This document shows positions 1-10,873 of a DNA stretch of 58,463 bases, one piece after another. The notes under the pieces are model-generated. The model did no database searches and had not been told where the DNA came from. It saw only the letters and a list, made by a program, of their open reading frames with translations. Source of the DNA: Verrucomicrobiota bacterium. Lineage in GTDB: Bacteria > Verrucomicrobiota > Verrucomicrobiia > Chthoniobacterales > UBA6821. The stretch is taken from assembly GCA_008933015.1 (NCBI GenBank), contig WBXH01000002.1, forward strand, positions 1 through 58,463, written 5' to 3'. A program made the position numbers and the translations under genes. How positions within the stretch are numbered: the stretch's first letter is position 1; each line of letters begins with the position of its first letter.

Positions 1-94
1 TGCAGGAGACCAAAGAAAGAAGCAACGCCAGAGAAACTAGCCCGAAGCGTTTCATTCTGTCAGCCTACGCAACTTTTAGCCTTAACGCTGTTTT

Positions 95-1474
95 TTAGAC
101 CTGCGGGCCGTGCCATCCGCCGGAAGGCAGAACGACATCGTTGACCTCATCCGGCCCCCAAGTTCCCGGCTTGTAAGGATGAACGGGAACTGAGTTGCCA
201 ATGATTTTCTCAACAATGCGCCATCCCTCTTCCACCACATCCTGACGTGCAAAGAGGGCCTGATCTCCTTGTATAGCATCGCCGATAAGACGCTCGTAAG
301 GGGTCATCTCGTCGGGTTGCTGATCGACAACCTTCATTTCCATAGGTTCACCAACCATCCTCTCGCCATCAATCTTGACCTGCATGCAGAGGCCGATTTC
401 GATCCGGGGTGAGAAGAGGAATCGCACATAATTGTGCATTGGGGCCTGCTCATCAGGGAAGACAACTTGGGGTGGACGATGAAACTGAACGCGAACTTCA
501 GTTGCGGAGACGGGTAGATTCTTACCGGCTCGGATATAGATCGGAACACCCTGCCAGCGCCAGTTATCGATGAAGACACGAACAGCAGCAAAAGTTTCTG
601 TCGTGCTGTTGGGAGCGACTCCCGGTTCCTGAAGGTACCCCTCGAATTGTCCCCTGACGATGTCGTTGGGCGATATAGTACGGATGGAACGGAAGAGCTT
701 CACCTGTTCGTCACGGACGCGCTCCTTGTCGGGCCAATAAGGAGGCTCCATGCAAAGGAATCCAACGACCTGCATAAGGTGGTTTTCGATCACATCACGC
801 AGACATCCTGTAGCGTCATAAAAGGCACCCCGTCCATCCACTCCGAAGGACTCGGCCATGGTGATCTGGATATTGCTGATATGATTGCGGTTCCAGATCG
901 GCTCAAGGAATGCATTGGCAAAACGGGTATAGAGGACATTCTGCGTCGCCTCTTTGCCAAGGTAATGATCGATACGGAAGACCTGTTTCTCGTCAAGCAC
1001 CTCATGGAGAATCTTGTTGAGACCCTCAGCCGAGGCCTTATCGTGTCCAAACGGCTTCTCAACCACAACACGGGTATCGTCGTTGATGCATCCGGCCGCC
1101 TTGAGCCCTTTGGTCACGGTTCCGAAAAGAACAGGGGGAATTGCCAAGTAGTGAATCGGACGCTGGGCGCCGCCAAGGGCTTTTCTGAGTGCCTCAAAAG
1201 TAGCTGCATCCCCGTAATCCCCGTCGACGTACTGGAATTGATCTGCAAACTTCTTGAAGTTGGCCTCGTCCACACCCCGGCCATAAGTGACGATTCCTTC
1301 GCGGGCGCGGTCAATGAGCTGCTCGCGAGTCATTCCACTTTTAGCGACACCGATGACCGGCCCTTCAAGCACACCACGACGATAGAGAGCCTGGATCGTG
1401 TCGAAGAGTTTCTTATGAGCCAGGTCTCCAGTCGCCCCGAAGAGGACGAGCGCGTCGCTTTTGAGTGCAGACAT
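95..1474 (-). CDS. zwf: Glucose-6-phosphate 1-dehydrogenase, paralogue 1 (459 aa)
   Basis: Full-length ORF with the N-terminal dinucleotide fold [15 protein letters not shown] and the G6PD signatures EKPFGHD and RIDHYLGKE. It sits next to gnd. Confidence 0.9.
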   Translation of the reverse strand: MSALKSDALVLFGATGDLAHKKLFDTIQALYRRGVLEGPVIGVAKSGMTREQLIDRAREGIVTYGRGVDEANFKKFADQFQYVDGDYGDAATFEALRKALGGAQRPIHYLAIPPVLFGTVTKGLKAAGCINDDTRVVVEKPFGHDKASAEGLNKILHEVLDEKQVFRIDHYLGKEATQNVLYTRFANAFLEPIWNRNHISNIQITMAESFGVDGRGAFYDATGCLRDVIENHLMQVVGFLCMEPPYWPDKERVRDEQVKLFRSIRTISPNDIVRGQFEGYLQEPGVAPNSTTETFAAVRVFIDNWRWQGVPIYIRAGKNLPVSATEVRVQFHRPPQVVFPDEQAPMHNYVRFLFSPRIEIGLCMQVKIDGERMVGEPMEMKVVDQQPDEMTPYERLIGDAIQGDQALFARQDVVEEGWRIVEKIIGNSVPVHPYKPGTWGPDEVNDVVLPSGGWHGPQV

Positions 1475-1507
1475 GATTTTTGAAAGGGTTTTTTGAGGTG
1501 CCGTGAA

Positions 1508-2527
1508 TTACTTGGAATCAGCTGGCTTTTCGTGGTGACCTCCGAACTCGTAGCGCATTGCCGAGCAAATCTTATCGGCGAAGAGTCCCAAGTTACGGCT
1601 CGAGAATCGTTCATACAACGCCGTTGTGAGAACAGGAGCCGGTACACCCTCTTCAATTGCTGCTTGGATTGTCCAGCGACCCTCTCCGGAATCACTCACG
1701 CGGCCACCGAAGGTGGAAAGCTCAGGGTCACCAGCCATGGCGTCAGCGGTGAGATCAAGCAACCAACTCGCGACAACACTGCCTCTGCGCCAGACTTCAG
1801 TGATCTCAGGAAGATCCAGGTCATACTGGTAATTCTCGGGATCACGGAGAGGAGTGGTCTCGGCATCGATTTCACGGGTAACTTTACCGGCATTGGCATT
1901 CTTCAAAATATTCAGGCCCTCGGCATAGGCAGCCATAATGCCGTACTCGATGCCGTTGTGGACCATCTTGACGAAGTGGCCGGCACCATTGGGACCGCAA
2001 TGAAGATATCCCTCCTCTGCGGTTCCCTGACGGGTGCGACTCGGTGTCACCGGAGCATCCCCCTTACCTGGGGCAAGGGCCTTTAGAATGGGATCAAGGT
2101 ACGAGACAGTCTCCTTGGAGCCGCCGATCATCTCGCAGTAACCGCGCTCGAGACCCCAAACACCACCTGAGGTGCCGACGTCTACATACTCGATACCCTT
2201 TGCGGAGAGTTCCTTGGCACGGCGAATGTCGTCCTTGTAGTAGGAATTGCCCCCGTCGATCAGAATGTCTCCCTTGCTGAGAAGGGGAGTAAACGTGGCG
2301 ATTGTATCATCCACATAAGCAGCTGGAATCATCATCCAAACTGCCTTTGGACCCGTCAATTTGCTGACGAGATCAGCCTGATCCTTGGCAGCAATAGCTC
2401 CCTTGGAAGCGAGATCTTGGATCGCAGCCTCGCTACGGTCCCAAACAACAACTTCATGACCTGCCTTGAGGAGGCGTTGAGCCATGTTGGCTCCCATTCT
2501 TCCGAGACCGACCATTCCGATGCGCAT
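1508..2527 (-). CDS. gnd: 6-phosphogluconate dehydrogenase (decarboxylating), short about 340-aa Gnd-like form
   Basis: Rossmann N-terminus [19 protein letters not shown]. The length and overall similarity fit short-form 6PGDH. It lies immediately downstream of zwf on the same strand. Confidence 0.85.
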   Translation of the reverse strand: MRIGMVGLGRMGANMAQRLLKAGHEVVVWDRSEAAIQDLASKGAIAAKDQADLVSKLTGPKAVWMMIPAAYVDDTIATFTPLLSKGDILIDGGNSYYKDDIRRAKELSAKGIEYVDVGTSGGVWGLERGYCEMIGGSKETVSYLDPILKALAPGKGDAPVTPSRTRQGTAEEGYLHCGPNGAGHFVKMVHNGIEYGIMAAYAEGLNILKNANAGKVTREIDAETTPLRDPENYQYDLDLPEITEVWRRGSVVASWLLDLTADAMAGDPELSTFGGRVSDSGEGRWTIQAAIEEGVPAPVLTTALYERFSSRNLGLFADKICSAMRYEFGGHHEKPADSK

Positions 2528-2665
2528 AGTGATTGTTCCTTTGTTGAGGGTTTGTATTAGACTCCTTATCTATAGTGGAAAGTCTTTCCGTCAAGCATCG
2601 CCTTGTAATCTCACTTCCGCGCTCACTGCTGGCAGCCTTTCACTTGGCCTGCTAGGACTGCTTCC

Positions 2666-3409
2666 ATGACTTCACCAAAAAATCGTACGGGGATCATCGC
2701 TGCAATGGAATCCGAACTCCGAGATCTCTCGAAAGACCTCCAACACGAGCGCACCGAGAAGATCGCAGGTAGGGAAATTCACTATGGTCATCTGGAGGAT
2801 CAACTCGTGGCCATCGTCCTCTGCGGCTGCGGCAAGGTGAATGCAACTCTATCGGCCACCCTGCTGGCCTGCCATGCCAAGGTCTCCAGAATCCTCGTCA
2901 CCGGCATCTCGGGCGGACTGGCTGAGGGGGTGAAGGTGGGTGACATCGTGATCGGGGATTCCTTTGTACAGCACGACATGGATGCGCGCCCCCTCTTTCC
3001 TCATCATGAGATTCCCTTTGAGGGATTCTCGGTGATCGAATCGGAACCGGAACTGCGTCATCTTCTTGCCTTAGCAGCACGCAAGATGCTGGCCTCTGGA
3101 CGCCCCCCGGGCCTCGAGGAATCCTCTGTCTTCGAGGGACTCGTGACCAGTGGGGATCAGTTTCTTTCCAGTAACAAAGCCCGCTCCAGGGTCTTGGAGG
3201 CCATTCCGAGGGCCTGCTGTGTCGATATGGAGTCGGCTGCCATTGCCCAGGTATGCCGCGCCGCGGACCTCCCTCTTGGAGTAATGCGCGTGATCTCCGA
3301 CTCGGCAGATGGAAGCGCGCATATCGACTTCGCAAAGTTTGTCGAATTCTCAGCATCAAAAGCCTGTGCCGAGACGGTAAGGCACGCCTTAAGGGCGTTA
3401 GCCAGCTGA
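2666..3409 (+). CDS. mtnN: 5'-methylthioadenosine/S-adenosylhomocysteine nucleosidase
   Basis: Collinear with E. coli MtnN as I recall it: GIIAAMESE, GKVNATL, VGDIVIG, VTSGDQF, VDMESAAIAQVC, ISDSAD. Confidence 0.88.
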   Translation: MTSPKNRTGIIAAMESELRDLSKDLQHERTEKIAGREIHYGHLEDQLVAIVLCGCGKVNATLSATLLACHAKVSRILVTGISGGLAEGVKVGDIVIGDSFVQHDMDARPLFPHHEIPFEGFSVIESEPELRHLLALAARKMLASGRPPGLEESSVFEGLVTSGDQFLSSNKARSRVLEAIPRACCVDMESAAIAQVCRAADLPLGVMRVISDSADGSAHIDFAKFVEFSASKACAETVRHALRALAS

Positions 3410-3549
3410 AAGCGGGCAGGCAATTATCAATTTAGAATTTTAGCATGGTCATCTGGGAATCCACGAAGAAGTTACTTCGCTGATTTTTGCTCTAACCTAA
3501 CAGTCTACCGAACTTCAGCCTAAACACCTCCTAGAGAGGTTTTGTCTTC

Positions 3550-5073
3550 CTAGAACGTCACCCCGATCTGAGCGCCTAGGACAAGGGCGTTGGGGATACT
3601 GCCCGTGCCGCCTGGATTGATGATCCACTGAGCATCTGGCTGGACATAAGCGAACTTGGTCAGATTGATACGATAACCGAATTCATAAGCTAGTTCATAG
3701 GTGGCATACCCCCCAAGGGATGCCTGATTCGCTTGAGCGTAGTTGGAGCTGAAATTCCCGTAGGCGACACCGAAAATGGAGATGTCACGTGGACGCGCGG
3801 GGATCATGCCCGTGTAGACCAAACCTCCGTTGTACTGGAAGGGAACCTTCGCCGTGTTCTGCTGGGGAGAGAGCACGAAGGCGCTCCAGGCGGTAAGACC
3901 GGTGTCCTTGCAAGGATCCATGCGGTAGAGCATCTGATCGAAGTGCCAGTAGAGGCCATAGGCGCCAGGTTGGCCTTGGGTACTGCCGAATTGCGAATAG
4001 GTCCAGGTGGAGTAATAGCCTCCCATCCAGTAGTGACCAGGCAGGCCGTGGGGAATGGCGTCGGATGCCGGCACAGAGAAGGTCTTGCCGTCATTGTTTA
4101 CTGATACAACCGATTTGCCATCCGAGGTCTTTGGAGCAGCAGACGGGGATGGCTTGAAGAATTCCGGCGCCCATCCGTACTGACCGACAAGCATGACTCC
4201 ATCGCCCGGATTCATGTTCCAGTTGAAGCCATGCATGTAGGACTGGGAAACCTGAGGAGTTACTTGATAGATGCCCAGCATCGCCTCGGTTTCCTTGGTC
4301 AGCAGTGCTCGAAGTCGGGCACCCCAGACAGACCAAGGATAGGTAGAGAAGGAGCCATTGACAGGTAGGGCCTGAGGGTTTCCGTCTATGCCATTGTTCA
4401 TGTAGAGCCAGTAGAGGGGTGACGAGGCAAAGTCATCACCCGCGGCCATACGCCCGAATTTAAAGCTGATCTTGTCGTCGTCGAAGCGTTGATTGTAGGC
4501 GAGGCCATAGAAGATGGTTCCGGTGCCTCCATAGACCTGCTGGACGGTGAACTGGTTGCCGATGTGCTGCGCGGAGAGGTTGTTCCCGTCGCGGTTGAGG
4601 GCGATCACGCTCAGCGTGCCGCCGTCATATCCAAGCAGGGGCTTGGACTGGAACTCCAGGTCAAGGGTGAAGTTATCACAGTAAGTGAATCCGGAGCTTT
4701 TTCCACCAACAGGATTACCGGCGAGGTTGGCCGTGTATGAGGCAGAGATATCTAGTCCATTAGTGGCAAGTTTATCACGAAAGCCAAACCAGTTCTTTGT
4801 TGCGTAATCGGACTGAAACCAGTTGGTAGTATTATCATGGGCAGTGCGGTACGGATCCCAGAAGCGCTGATTACCCCAATTCAGTTCGGGAATTTGGTAG
4901 GGTATGTCGAACTTGAGCTGTTCGTCTGGAGTGATGAACGATGGCATTGGCATTCGAACGGATATTACTTTTCGTGGCGGCGTGGCGGAAGGAGCTTCAA
5001 TGCTGACGGCATTGGTTGCGCCGGCGTTCGGAGCAGTCGTCAAAACGGTTGCAAGGAGGAGAGGTAAAAACAT
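3550..5073 (-). CDS. Carbohydrate-selective porin, OprB family (outer-membrane beta-barrel)
   Basis: N-terminal signal peptide MFLPLLLATVLTTAPNAGA. The body is rich in Gly, Tyr, Asn and Trp and ends in a C-terminal ...GVTF. The overall pattern resembles OprB-type porins. Confidence 0.7.
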   Translation of the reverse strand: MFLPLLLATVLTTAPNAGATNAVSIEAPSATPPRKVISVRMPMPSFITPDEQLKFDIPYQIPELNWGNQRFWDPYRTAHDNTTNWFQSDYATKNWFGFRDKLATNGLDISASYTANLAGNPVGGKSSGFTYCDNFTLDLEFQSKPLLGYDGGTLSVIALNRDGNNLSAQHIGNQFTVQQVYGGTGTIFYGLAYNQRFDDDKISFKFGRMAAGDDFASSPLYWLYMNNGIDGNPQALPVNGSFSTYPWSVWGARLRALLTKETEAMLGIYQVTPQVSQSYMHGFNWNMNPGDGVMLVGQYGWAPEFFKPSPSAAPKTSDGKSVVSVNNDGKTFSVPASDAIPHGLPGHYWMGGYYSTWTYSQFGSTQGQPGAYGLYWHFDQMLYRMDPCKDTGLTAWSAFVLSPQQNTAKVPFQYNGGLVYTGMIPARPRDISIFGVAYGNFSSNYAQANQASLGGYATYELAYEFGYRINLTKFAYVQPDAQWIINPGGTGSIPNALVLGAQIGVTF

Positions 5074-5256
5074 CGGGGGAATAGGGTTAGAGAAATTGGA
5101 GAAAAGCGTGATTCATAAGTCCATGGCAATCGGATTTTTTGCATCACTACCCAAATAAGGGTAGTCAAGAGGGCAAACTCGTTCGGTTTGAAGGATTTTT
5201 AGAACCGTCTCCTCAACCATCCTTCAAAGGAACTCCGAAATACCCATGGCAAAGCC

Positions 5257-6603
5257 CTATCGGGCTTTCAGGGCGTTCACACTGGTGAGGATCCCTGAAA
5301 TCATCGAATAGGCCACCAACCCTACGAAGAGGGCAACAATGAGGATCACGGCGGGTTGGATCAAAGTCGTGAGATGACCGATCCGGGAGGTCAGCTCGCG
5401 ATCGTAGCGTTTTGCGGCTCGGGCAAGAGATCCGGCCAGATCACCGGTCTGCTCACCGACGGCGAGGATATCAAGAAGCACAGGTGGAAAAAAACCGGTG
5501 CGCTTCATCGCTGATGCGATGGAACTTCCCTCGCGCACCCTGTCGGCCACCTCTTCCATGAGTCCCTTGAGGTAGACATTCCCCGTGGCCGCCCTCATCA
5601 GATCCATCGCGGAGAGCATCGTCACTCCGTTGGAAACAAGCGTGGAGAGATTCTGCATCACCTCGGCATAGAAACGCGCCTTGAGAACCGGTCCTACGAC
5701 CGGCACGGAAAGCTGTTTTTTTCCCCACCAAAGACGCCCCGAAGGAGTCGAAATAGCAAATCTTACACCCAGTACAACCACACCGATAAAAGCTAGGATT
5801 GCCCACCACCAGTGCCCGCAGAAAAGGCTCACCGTAATGAGAGCCTGGGTAACGGCCGGAAGCTTCTGCCCTGATTTTCCCAATAGAACGGAAAGCTGCG
5901 GCACCAGAAACGTCAGGAAAATAAACATCAGCATAATGGCCGAGGAGAAGACGATCGCCGGGTAGACAAGCGCAGAGGTGACTTTTTTACCGAGCTCCCC
6001 GACCATTTCCAGATGGGCGCATTGCCTCTTCAGGATCTGGGGCAGAACCCCGCCGCTTTCTCCTGCCGCGACAAGGTTGCAATAGAGGGGATCAAAGGTT
6101 CTTCCACAGCTGCGGAGTGATTTTGAAAAACTGACCCCCTCTCGGACCTGTTGCCTCAGATGGGCAGCCACGGTCTTTACCGGTGAACGCTCCTGACGCT
6201 GTTCGATGACTTTGAGGGCTCCCTCCAGTTGTAGTCCCGCATCGAGAAGTTCGGCAAGTTCCTCCGTGAAGAACAGAAGTTGGGGAGTTGTCAGACGGGG
6301 AAGTTCACCCGGACCGCTGAATGCAATGGAGCCGGTATTTTTACTACTACCACTATGTGTTACCGCAGCATTCCCTGTTCCTGAAAATCCAGACACCAAA
6401 CTGACCAACCAGCCCTCGTGCCCCTTGACCGTCTTGGCCGCCAATCCCCCCTCCTCGAGGACTTTGCTTGGCTGCAGCCCCCTCTCACGGAGTTTACGGT
6501 AGGCATCGGCTCCAGAAAGCGCCTCGATACGGCCGTGATCGGGACGGCCTCCGGCATCAAGGGCACTGTAGGAAAAATTTGGCATGAAACGGCTTGGTCG
6601 CAC
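5257..6603 (-). CDS. gspF: Type II secretion / type IV pilus platform protein (GspF/PilC family)
   Basis: Duplicated GspF-type domain with three TM segments and an N-terminus F-Y-A-L-D-GG typical of the family. A start at 6585 (MPNFSYSALD) is an alternative. No cognate ATPase gene is adjacent. Confidence 0.75.
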   Translation of the reverse strand: MRPSRFMPNFSYSALDAGGRPDHGRIEALSGADAYRKLRERGLQPSKVLEEGGLAAKTVKGHEGWLVSLVSGFSGTGNAAVTHSGSSKNTGSIAFSGPGELPRLTTPQLLFFTEELAELLDAGLQLEGALKVIEQRQERSPVKTVAAHLRQQVREGVSFSKSLRSCGRTFDPLYCNLVAAGESGGVLPQILKRQCAHLEMVGELGKKVTSALVYPAIVFSSAIMLMFIFLTFLVPQLSVLLGKSGQKLPAVTQALITVSLFCGHWWWAILAFIGVVVLGVRFAISTPSGRLWWGKKQLSVPVVGPVLKARFYAEVMQNLSTLVSNGVTMLSAMDLMRAATGNVYLKGLMEEVADRVREGSSIASAMKRTGFFPPVLLDILAVGEQTGDLAGSLARAAKRYDRELTSRIGHLTTLIQPAVILIVALFVGLVAYSMISGILTSVNALKAR

Positions 6604-6666
6604 TCCATCGACTCCGAGTAAGGCCGGTGTGTCAACGGTATTTAAATGCCATCGATTCTCTTGGCT

Positions 6667-7422
6667 TCAACGCTCCTCCAATCTCTTGATTCTCTTGAGA
6701 TATTTCACCCCATCAGGCCCTAGACTGGAGGGATCGATGATCGGCTCCCCAAAAAGACGATCCCAGAACCTCTCAAAACAATGCGCGGCATCAGGTACAG
6801 AAGTTGAGAGGGCAAGCGCCTTCCGATAGAAGGCGATCGACCTGCCATGCACGGCTCCGGGTGAGATGGCAAACTGCCCCCCTCCTCGGAAATGAAAAAA
6901 CTCGGGAGCCTCCTCAAGGAACAATTCCGTAAAAAGCCTTCCCGTGGGAAGTTCCCTGCGATCTGGATTTTTACTCCAGGGAACGAAGAGACGCCTCCCC
7001 AGAGGGTCATCCGTTTCCTCCAAAAAGCCATACCAATGGAAGGGATCCGGCCGCTCTCTTCCATCAGCGAGTGCCTGCAAACGGTCATGAAAATCGGGGG
7101 CATGGTCAAAGGGATGTCCCTGACAAAAAACAGTCACTTCAGCTAATGAATCGTAGCGGTCGATCAGATGGGTTAGGTAGGAATGAGCCTCCCTTCCGAC
7201 ATTGGGTAGGGAAATGATGGACAGGCCTTCCCGAACAGAAAAACCGGCGGGCAGGGCTGGAGAATCCCCCTTGTTCAGAATGGTCAGACGCACGGAGGTT
7301 GGCACTCTTCTTAGCCAACGCAGATCCTCCTCATGGCGGGCTATGACCAACTCAAGGGATGGATGGGGCAGCGTCATCAGGCCGGGTGATTTATTTCCAT
7401 TTTCCATTAAGGCTTGGCGCAT
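6667..7422 (-). CDS. Uncharacterised protein, DUF3431-like
   Basis: LVIARHEEDLRWL ... NVGREAHSYLTHLIDRYDSLAEVTVFCQGHPFDH matches my recollection of the DUF3431 core (NkGrEa-YLtyIidnYd-L). No other domain was recognised. Confidence 0.45.
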   Translation of the reverse strand: MRQALMENGNKSPGLMTLPHPSLELVIARHEEDLRWLRRVPTSVRLTILNKGDSPALPAGFSVREGLSIISLPNVGREAHSYLTHLIDRYDSLAEVTVFCQGHPFDHAPDFHDRLQALADGRERPDPFHWYGFLEETDDPLGRRLFVPWSKNPDRRELPTGRLFTELFLEEAPEFFHFRGGGQFAISPGAVHGRSIAFYRKALALSTSVPDAAHCFERFWDRLFGEPIIDPSSLGPDGVKYLKRIKRLEER

Positions 7423-7458
7423 TCACACTGGTTGCATTAGTAAAGGCCACTCCATTTT

Positions 7459-8211
7459 ATGAACATCCTCATTCTTGCCGCCGGGTATGCCACTCGCCTC
7501 TACCCACTGACGGAAAACAAAGCAAAACCACTCCTCGATGTCGCCGGTAAGCCGATGATCGAGTGGGTTTTGGACAATCTCGCCCCGATTCCCGATATCG
7601 ACCGAGTCTATGTGGTCACCAATAACAAATTTGCCGCCTCTTTCGAGGAGTGGGCGGCCGATTACAAGACGCGACATGCGGGACTCGAATTCACGATCGT
7701 CAACGACGGATCCACCAGCGACGCCGATAAGTTGGGTGCAATCGGCGATATTCACCATGTCATCAAGTCGCAGAACATCTCCCATCAGGATCTTCTGGTA
7801 GTGGCCGGTGACAACCTCTTCAGCCAGCCTGTTCCCGACTTTGCCGTGGCCGCAAAGAACCACCCGGCAACGCTTGCCCTTTACGACGTCGGTGATTTGG
7901 AAGCGATCCGCAAATACAATAATGTCTCGACCGACGCGGATGGTGTCATCACTCATTTTGAGGAAAAACCGGCACATCCCACGACTACGAAGACCGGCAT
8001 CGCCCTCTACTATTACCGCTCCGACGTCCTTCCCCTCATCGATACCTACATGGCGGAAGGAAACAATCCAGACCAACCCGGGCGCCTTATCCAATGGCTC
8101 TACCCACGTGTCAAGGTCGGCACCTGGGATGTCCCCGGCACTTGGTTCGATATTGGGAGCAAGGAAACACTGATCGAGGCCAACGTGGTCTTTCAGAAGT
8201 TCGTTTCCTAA
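7459..8211 (+). CDS. Sugar-phosphate nucleotidyltransferase (NTP_transferase family)
   Basis: N-terminal MNILILAAGYATRLYPLTENKAKPLL is the G-x-G-T-R-L nucleotidyltransferase signature. At 250 aa it is a single domain. Confidence 0.8.
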   Translation: MNILILAAGYATRLYPLTENKAKPLLDVAGKPMIEWVLDNLAPIPDIDRVYVVTNNKFAASFEEWAADYKTRHAGLEFTIVNDGSTSDADKLGAIGDIHHVIKSQNISHQDLLVVAGDNLFSQPVPDFAVAAKNHPATLALYDVGDLEAIRKYNNVSTDADGVITHFEEKPAHPTTTKTGIALYYYRSDVLPLIDTYMAEGNNPDQPGRLIQWLYPRVKVGTWDVPGTWFDIGSKETLIEANVVFQKFVS

Positions 8212-8234
8212 GTAAGGCTTGACCGCCTTTGCGG

Positions 8235-10388
8235 TCAACCGAGCCTGCCGGCTAAATTTCCAATCAGGACAACAACGCTTCGACCCGAGAGCGCAACCTG
8301 CGATTGATCAGAAAGGAGTTGCTCCGAGCCGGATTCAAAGAAGTCATCGGGGGATGCTCTTCCGGTGTCGACGACACGCCTCCAGCGCAGGCCCGCGGGA
8401 AGCACGGGTAAAGCAAAAGCCAAAGGCTCATGCCACATGTTGAAAGCAGCGTAGATAAAGTCCCCCTCAGGCCCGTAGGACTGAGCTTTGTCTCCTGCAA
8501 TCATGAAGGCCAGTGAACGGCTCTCGCCCCCCCAATCCGGCACCCCAACCCTCACTCCGTGCCAACTGATATCGGGATATCCGCTATCACGGGTATTTCC
8601 GCCGGTGAAATACTCAGCCCTATGTAATTGGCTATGCCGGTGACGAAAATCGGCCATCAAGGAGACAAAACGCCTGAGTCCCTCGCCCGAGCCACCGCCG
8701 CACTCCGGAGGATTCCAGTCCAGCCAGTTCCACTCCTCGTCGTGACAGTAGGCGTTGTTATTACCGTTCTGTGTACGCCCCAATTCATCACCCATCGAGA
8801 GCATGGGCACACCCTGACTCAGAAAGAGAAGAGCCATTGCGTTGCGCTGCAGTCTTGCCCTCAGGACATTGACGCCCACATCTTCCGTGACACCCTCCGC
8901 GCCGCAATTCCACGTGAAGTTTTCATTTGCCCCATCGCGATTTCCCTCACCATTGGCCAGATTGTGCTTCTCGTTGTAGGAGTAGAGATCACGAAGAGTG
9001 AAGCCATCATGACACGTGATGAAATTCACGGAAGCGGTCGGTTTGCGGCCCGCGGCGGCATAGAGATTGGGTGAACCAAGGATCCCCTGCACAACTTCTC
9101 CCGCCACGCCGGCATCACCGCGCAGAAATTTCCTGGCAGCATCGCGATAGTGACCGTTCCACTCCATCCAGCGTCCGTACGCTGGGAAATTACCTACCTG
9201 GTAGAGACCGCCTGCGTCCCACGCCTCTGCAATCAGATCACATCGCGCCAGAATCGGGTCGAGGGCAAGCGCCTCAAGCAGTGGTGGGTTTGAGAGCGGG
9301 TGCCCGTTACGGTCACGGCCAAGCACCGAGGCAAGATCGAAGCGGAACCCATCTATATGGAACTCCGAGACCCAGTAGTGAAGGCAGTCGAGCACAAAGG
9401 CACGGACCACGGGATGATTGCAATTAAGGGTATTTCCACACCCCGTGTAGTTTGCATAGTTCCCGTCCGGGTTGAGCATGTAGTAGGTCTGGTTATCGAT
9501 CCCTCGAAAGGAGATGGTTGGACCGCGCAGATCCCCCTCGGCCGTATGGTTAAAGACAACGTCCAGGATCACCGAGATACCGGCCGAATGAAGAGACTTA
9601 ACGAGATTCTTGAACTCCGAGACCTGAGTTCCATGATGTCCCGTGGCGGCGTATCCTCCCTTGGGTGCAAAGAATCCCACCGTGCTGTATCCCCAGTAGT
9701 TGCAGAGTGGCTCGCCAGTGAGCGGATTCACCAACTTGTTCTCGTACTCGTCAAACTCAAAAACCGGCATCAGTTCGACACAATTCACACCAATGGACTG
9801 CAAATAGGGAATCTTCTCGATCATTCCCTCGTAGGTACCGGGATGCCTGACTCCCGAGGAAGGGTGCCGAGTGAATCCACGTACATGCATCTCGTAGATC
9901 ACCAAATCCTGTACCGGGAGATTGATTGGACGATCGTGTCCCCAATCATAGTCCTCATAGGGCATCCGAGCCCGGTGAGGATAAACTTCCTCCTTGGGTG
10001 GAGGCGAGAGCCAGATGTCGCGACCAGCGATCTCACGGGCAAAGGGATCAAGCAGGATCTTCTTGGGATCAAAGAGAAGCCCCGCTTTTGGATCCATGGG
10101 GCCTTCCATCCGGAAGCCGTATTCCATCTCCTCGTAATCGAGGTCATAAACGATCATTGCATAGACATCACCAATCTTGCACTCGGGCGGAAACGGAATC
10201 TCCGCGTAGGGTTCGGGATCACCCCTTCGGAAGAGAACCAGCATGCAACTGGTTGCGTGCGAAGAGAAGATTGAGAAGTTTACCCCACCCGGCACATGAC
10301 TCGCTCCGTAAGGAAGGGCATGGCCGTAGCGCATTCGGAACCCTCCGAACTCATGGGTATGATGAAAGGAGGCTCTCATTATTTCCAA
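8235..10388 (-). CDS. glgX: Glycogen debranching enzyme GlgX (GH13)
   Basis: GH13 conserved regions VFNHTAEG, GFRFDLAS, EAWD and FITCHDGFTL, with a GlgX-type N-terminus GVNFSIFSSHAT. The real start may be the internal Met at 10334. Confidence 0.9.
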   Translation of the reverse strand: MEIMRASFHHTHEFGGFRMRYGHALPYGASHVPGGVNFSIFSSHATSCMLVLFRRGDPEPYAEIPFPPECKIGDVYAMIVYDLDYEEMEYGFRMEGPMDPKAGLLFDPKKILLDPFAREIAGRDIWLSPPPKEEVYPHRARMPYEDYDWGHDRPINLPVQDLVIYEMHVRGFTRHPSSGVRHPGTYEGMIEKIPYLQSIGVNCVELMPVFEFDEYENKLVNPLTGEPLCNYWGYSTVGFFAPKGGYAATGHHGTQVSEFKNLVKSLHSAGISVILDVVFNHTAEGDLRGPTISFRGIDNQTYYMLNPDGNYANYTGCGNTLNCNHPVVRAFVLDCLHYWVSEFHIDGFRFDLASVLGRDRNGHPLSNPPLLEALALDPILARCDLIAEAWDAGGLYQVGNFPAYGRWMEWNGHYRDAARKFLRGDAGVAGEVVQGILGSPNLYAAAGRKPTASVNFITCHDGFTLRDLYSYNEKHNLANGEGNRDGANENFTWNCGAEGVTEDVGVNVLRARLQRNAMALLFLSQGVPMLSMGDELGRTQNGNNNAYCHDEEWNWLDWNPPECGGGSGEGLRRFVSLMADFRHRHSQLHRAEYFTGGNTRDSGYPDISWHGVRVGVPDWGGESRSLAFMIAGDKAQSYGPEGDFIYAAFNMWHEPLAFALPVLPAGLRWRRVVDTGRASPDDFFESGSEQLLSDQSQVALSGRSVVVLIGNLAGRLG

Positions 10389-10476
10389 TCTTTAACACGC
10401 TCCTGCTCACCTAAATAGGATTTTATAACATTGAGTCCGCTTTCACCCCGAAAAATCAGGAAAGGAGTCTGCGCTT

Positions 10477-10854
10477 CTACTCTCCCGGAGGGATCAGATG
10501 AAATGCGGGTATCTTGGCTAGGACCACATTCCCCTCCTCAGTGAGTGCTAGATAGGATCCCTCCGCAATGGCACGACCCGCGGTGGTGTGGTAGCTGTTG
10601 TAGGAGAACTCCTCACCCGGCTCCAGTCGAGGAAAGCATCCCACAACACCATCTCCCTCGACAGCGGTAACCTCGCCGCTTTCTGCACGGACCACCCACT
10701 TGCGTCCTTTCACGGTGAGGGTGCGGTCGCTCTCGTTACGGATGGTGATATGGTAGACGAAGGGGTGAGGTTGATCGGGTGAAGCCGGAAGTTCGGGATC
10801 GTAAACCACCTGGTCGACGGTCGCCTCAAATCCCGGAAGGAGTTCAGGCTGCAT
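10477..10854 (-). CDS. apaG: ApaG (DUF525) protein
   Basis: 125 aa with the typical ApaG pattern YHITIRNESD..., KGRKWVV, GDGVVGCFPRLEPGEEFSYNS. Confidence 0.8.
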   Translation of the reverse strand: MQPELLPGFEATVDQVVYDPELPASPDQPHPFVYHITIRNESDRTLTVKGRKWVVRAESGEVTAVEGDGVVGCFPRLEPGEEFSYNSYHTTAGRAIAEGSYLALTEEGNVVLAKIPAFHLIPPGE

Positions 10855-10873
10855 CTGTCGGGCGGTTGTGGAA

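Noticed and set aside
647-1483. Long ORFs antisense to well-supported genes: 647-1483 against zwf, 7423-8238 against the nucleotidyltransferase, 9300-10274 against glgX, 26629-27309 and 27291-28046 against tsaB/mrdA, 30388-30999 against lipA, and 20318-20812 against sucC.
   Set aside because: Each lies opposite a gene with unmistakable family motifs. Their translations are Arg/Ser/Pro/Gly-rich with no recognisable domains. Such shadow ORFs are expected by chance in GC-rich coding DNA.
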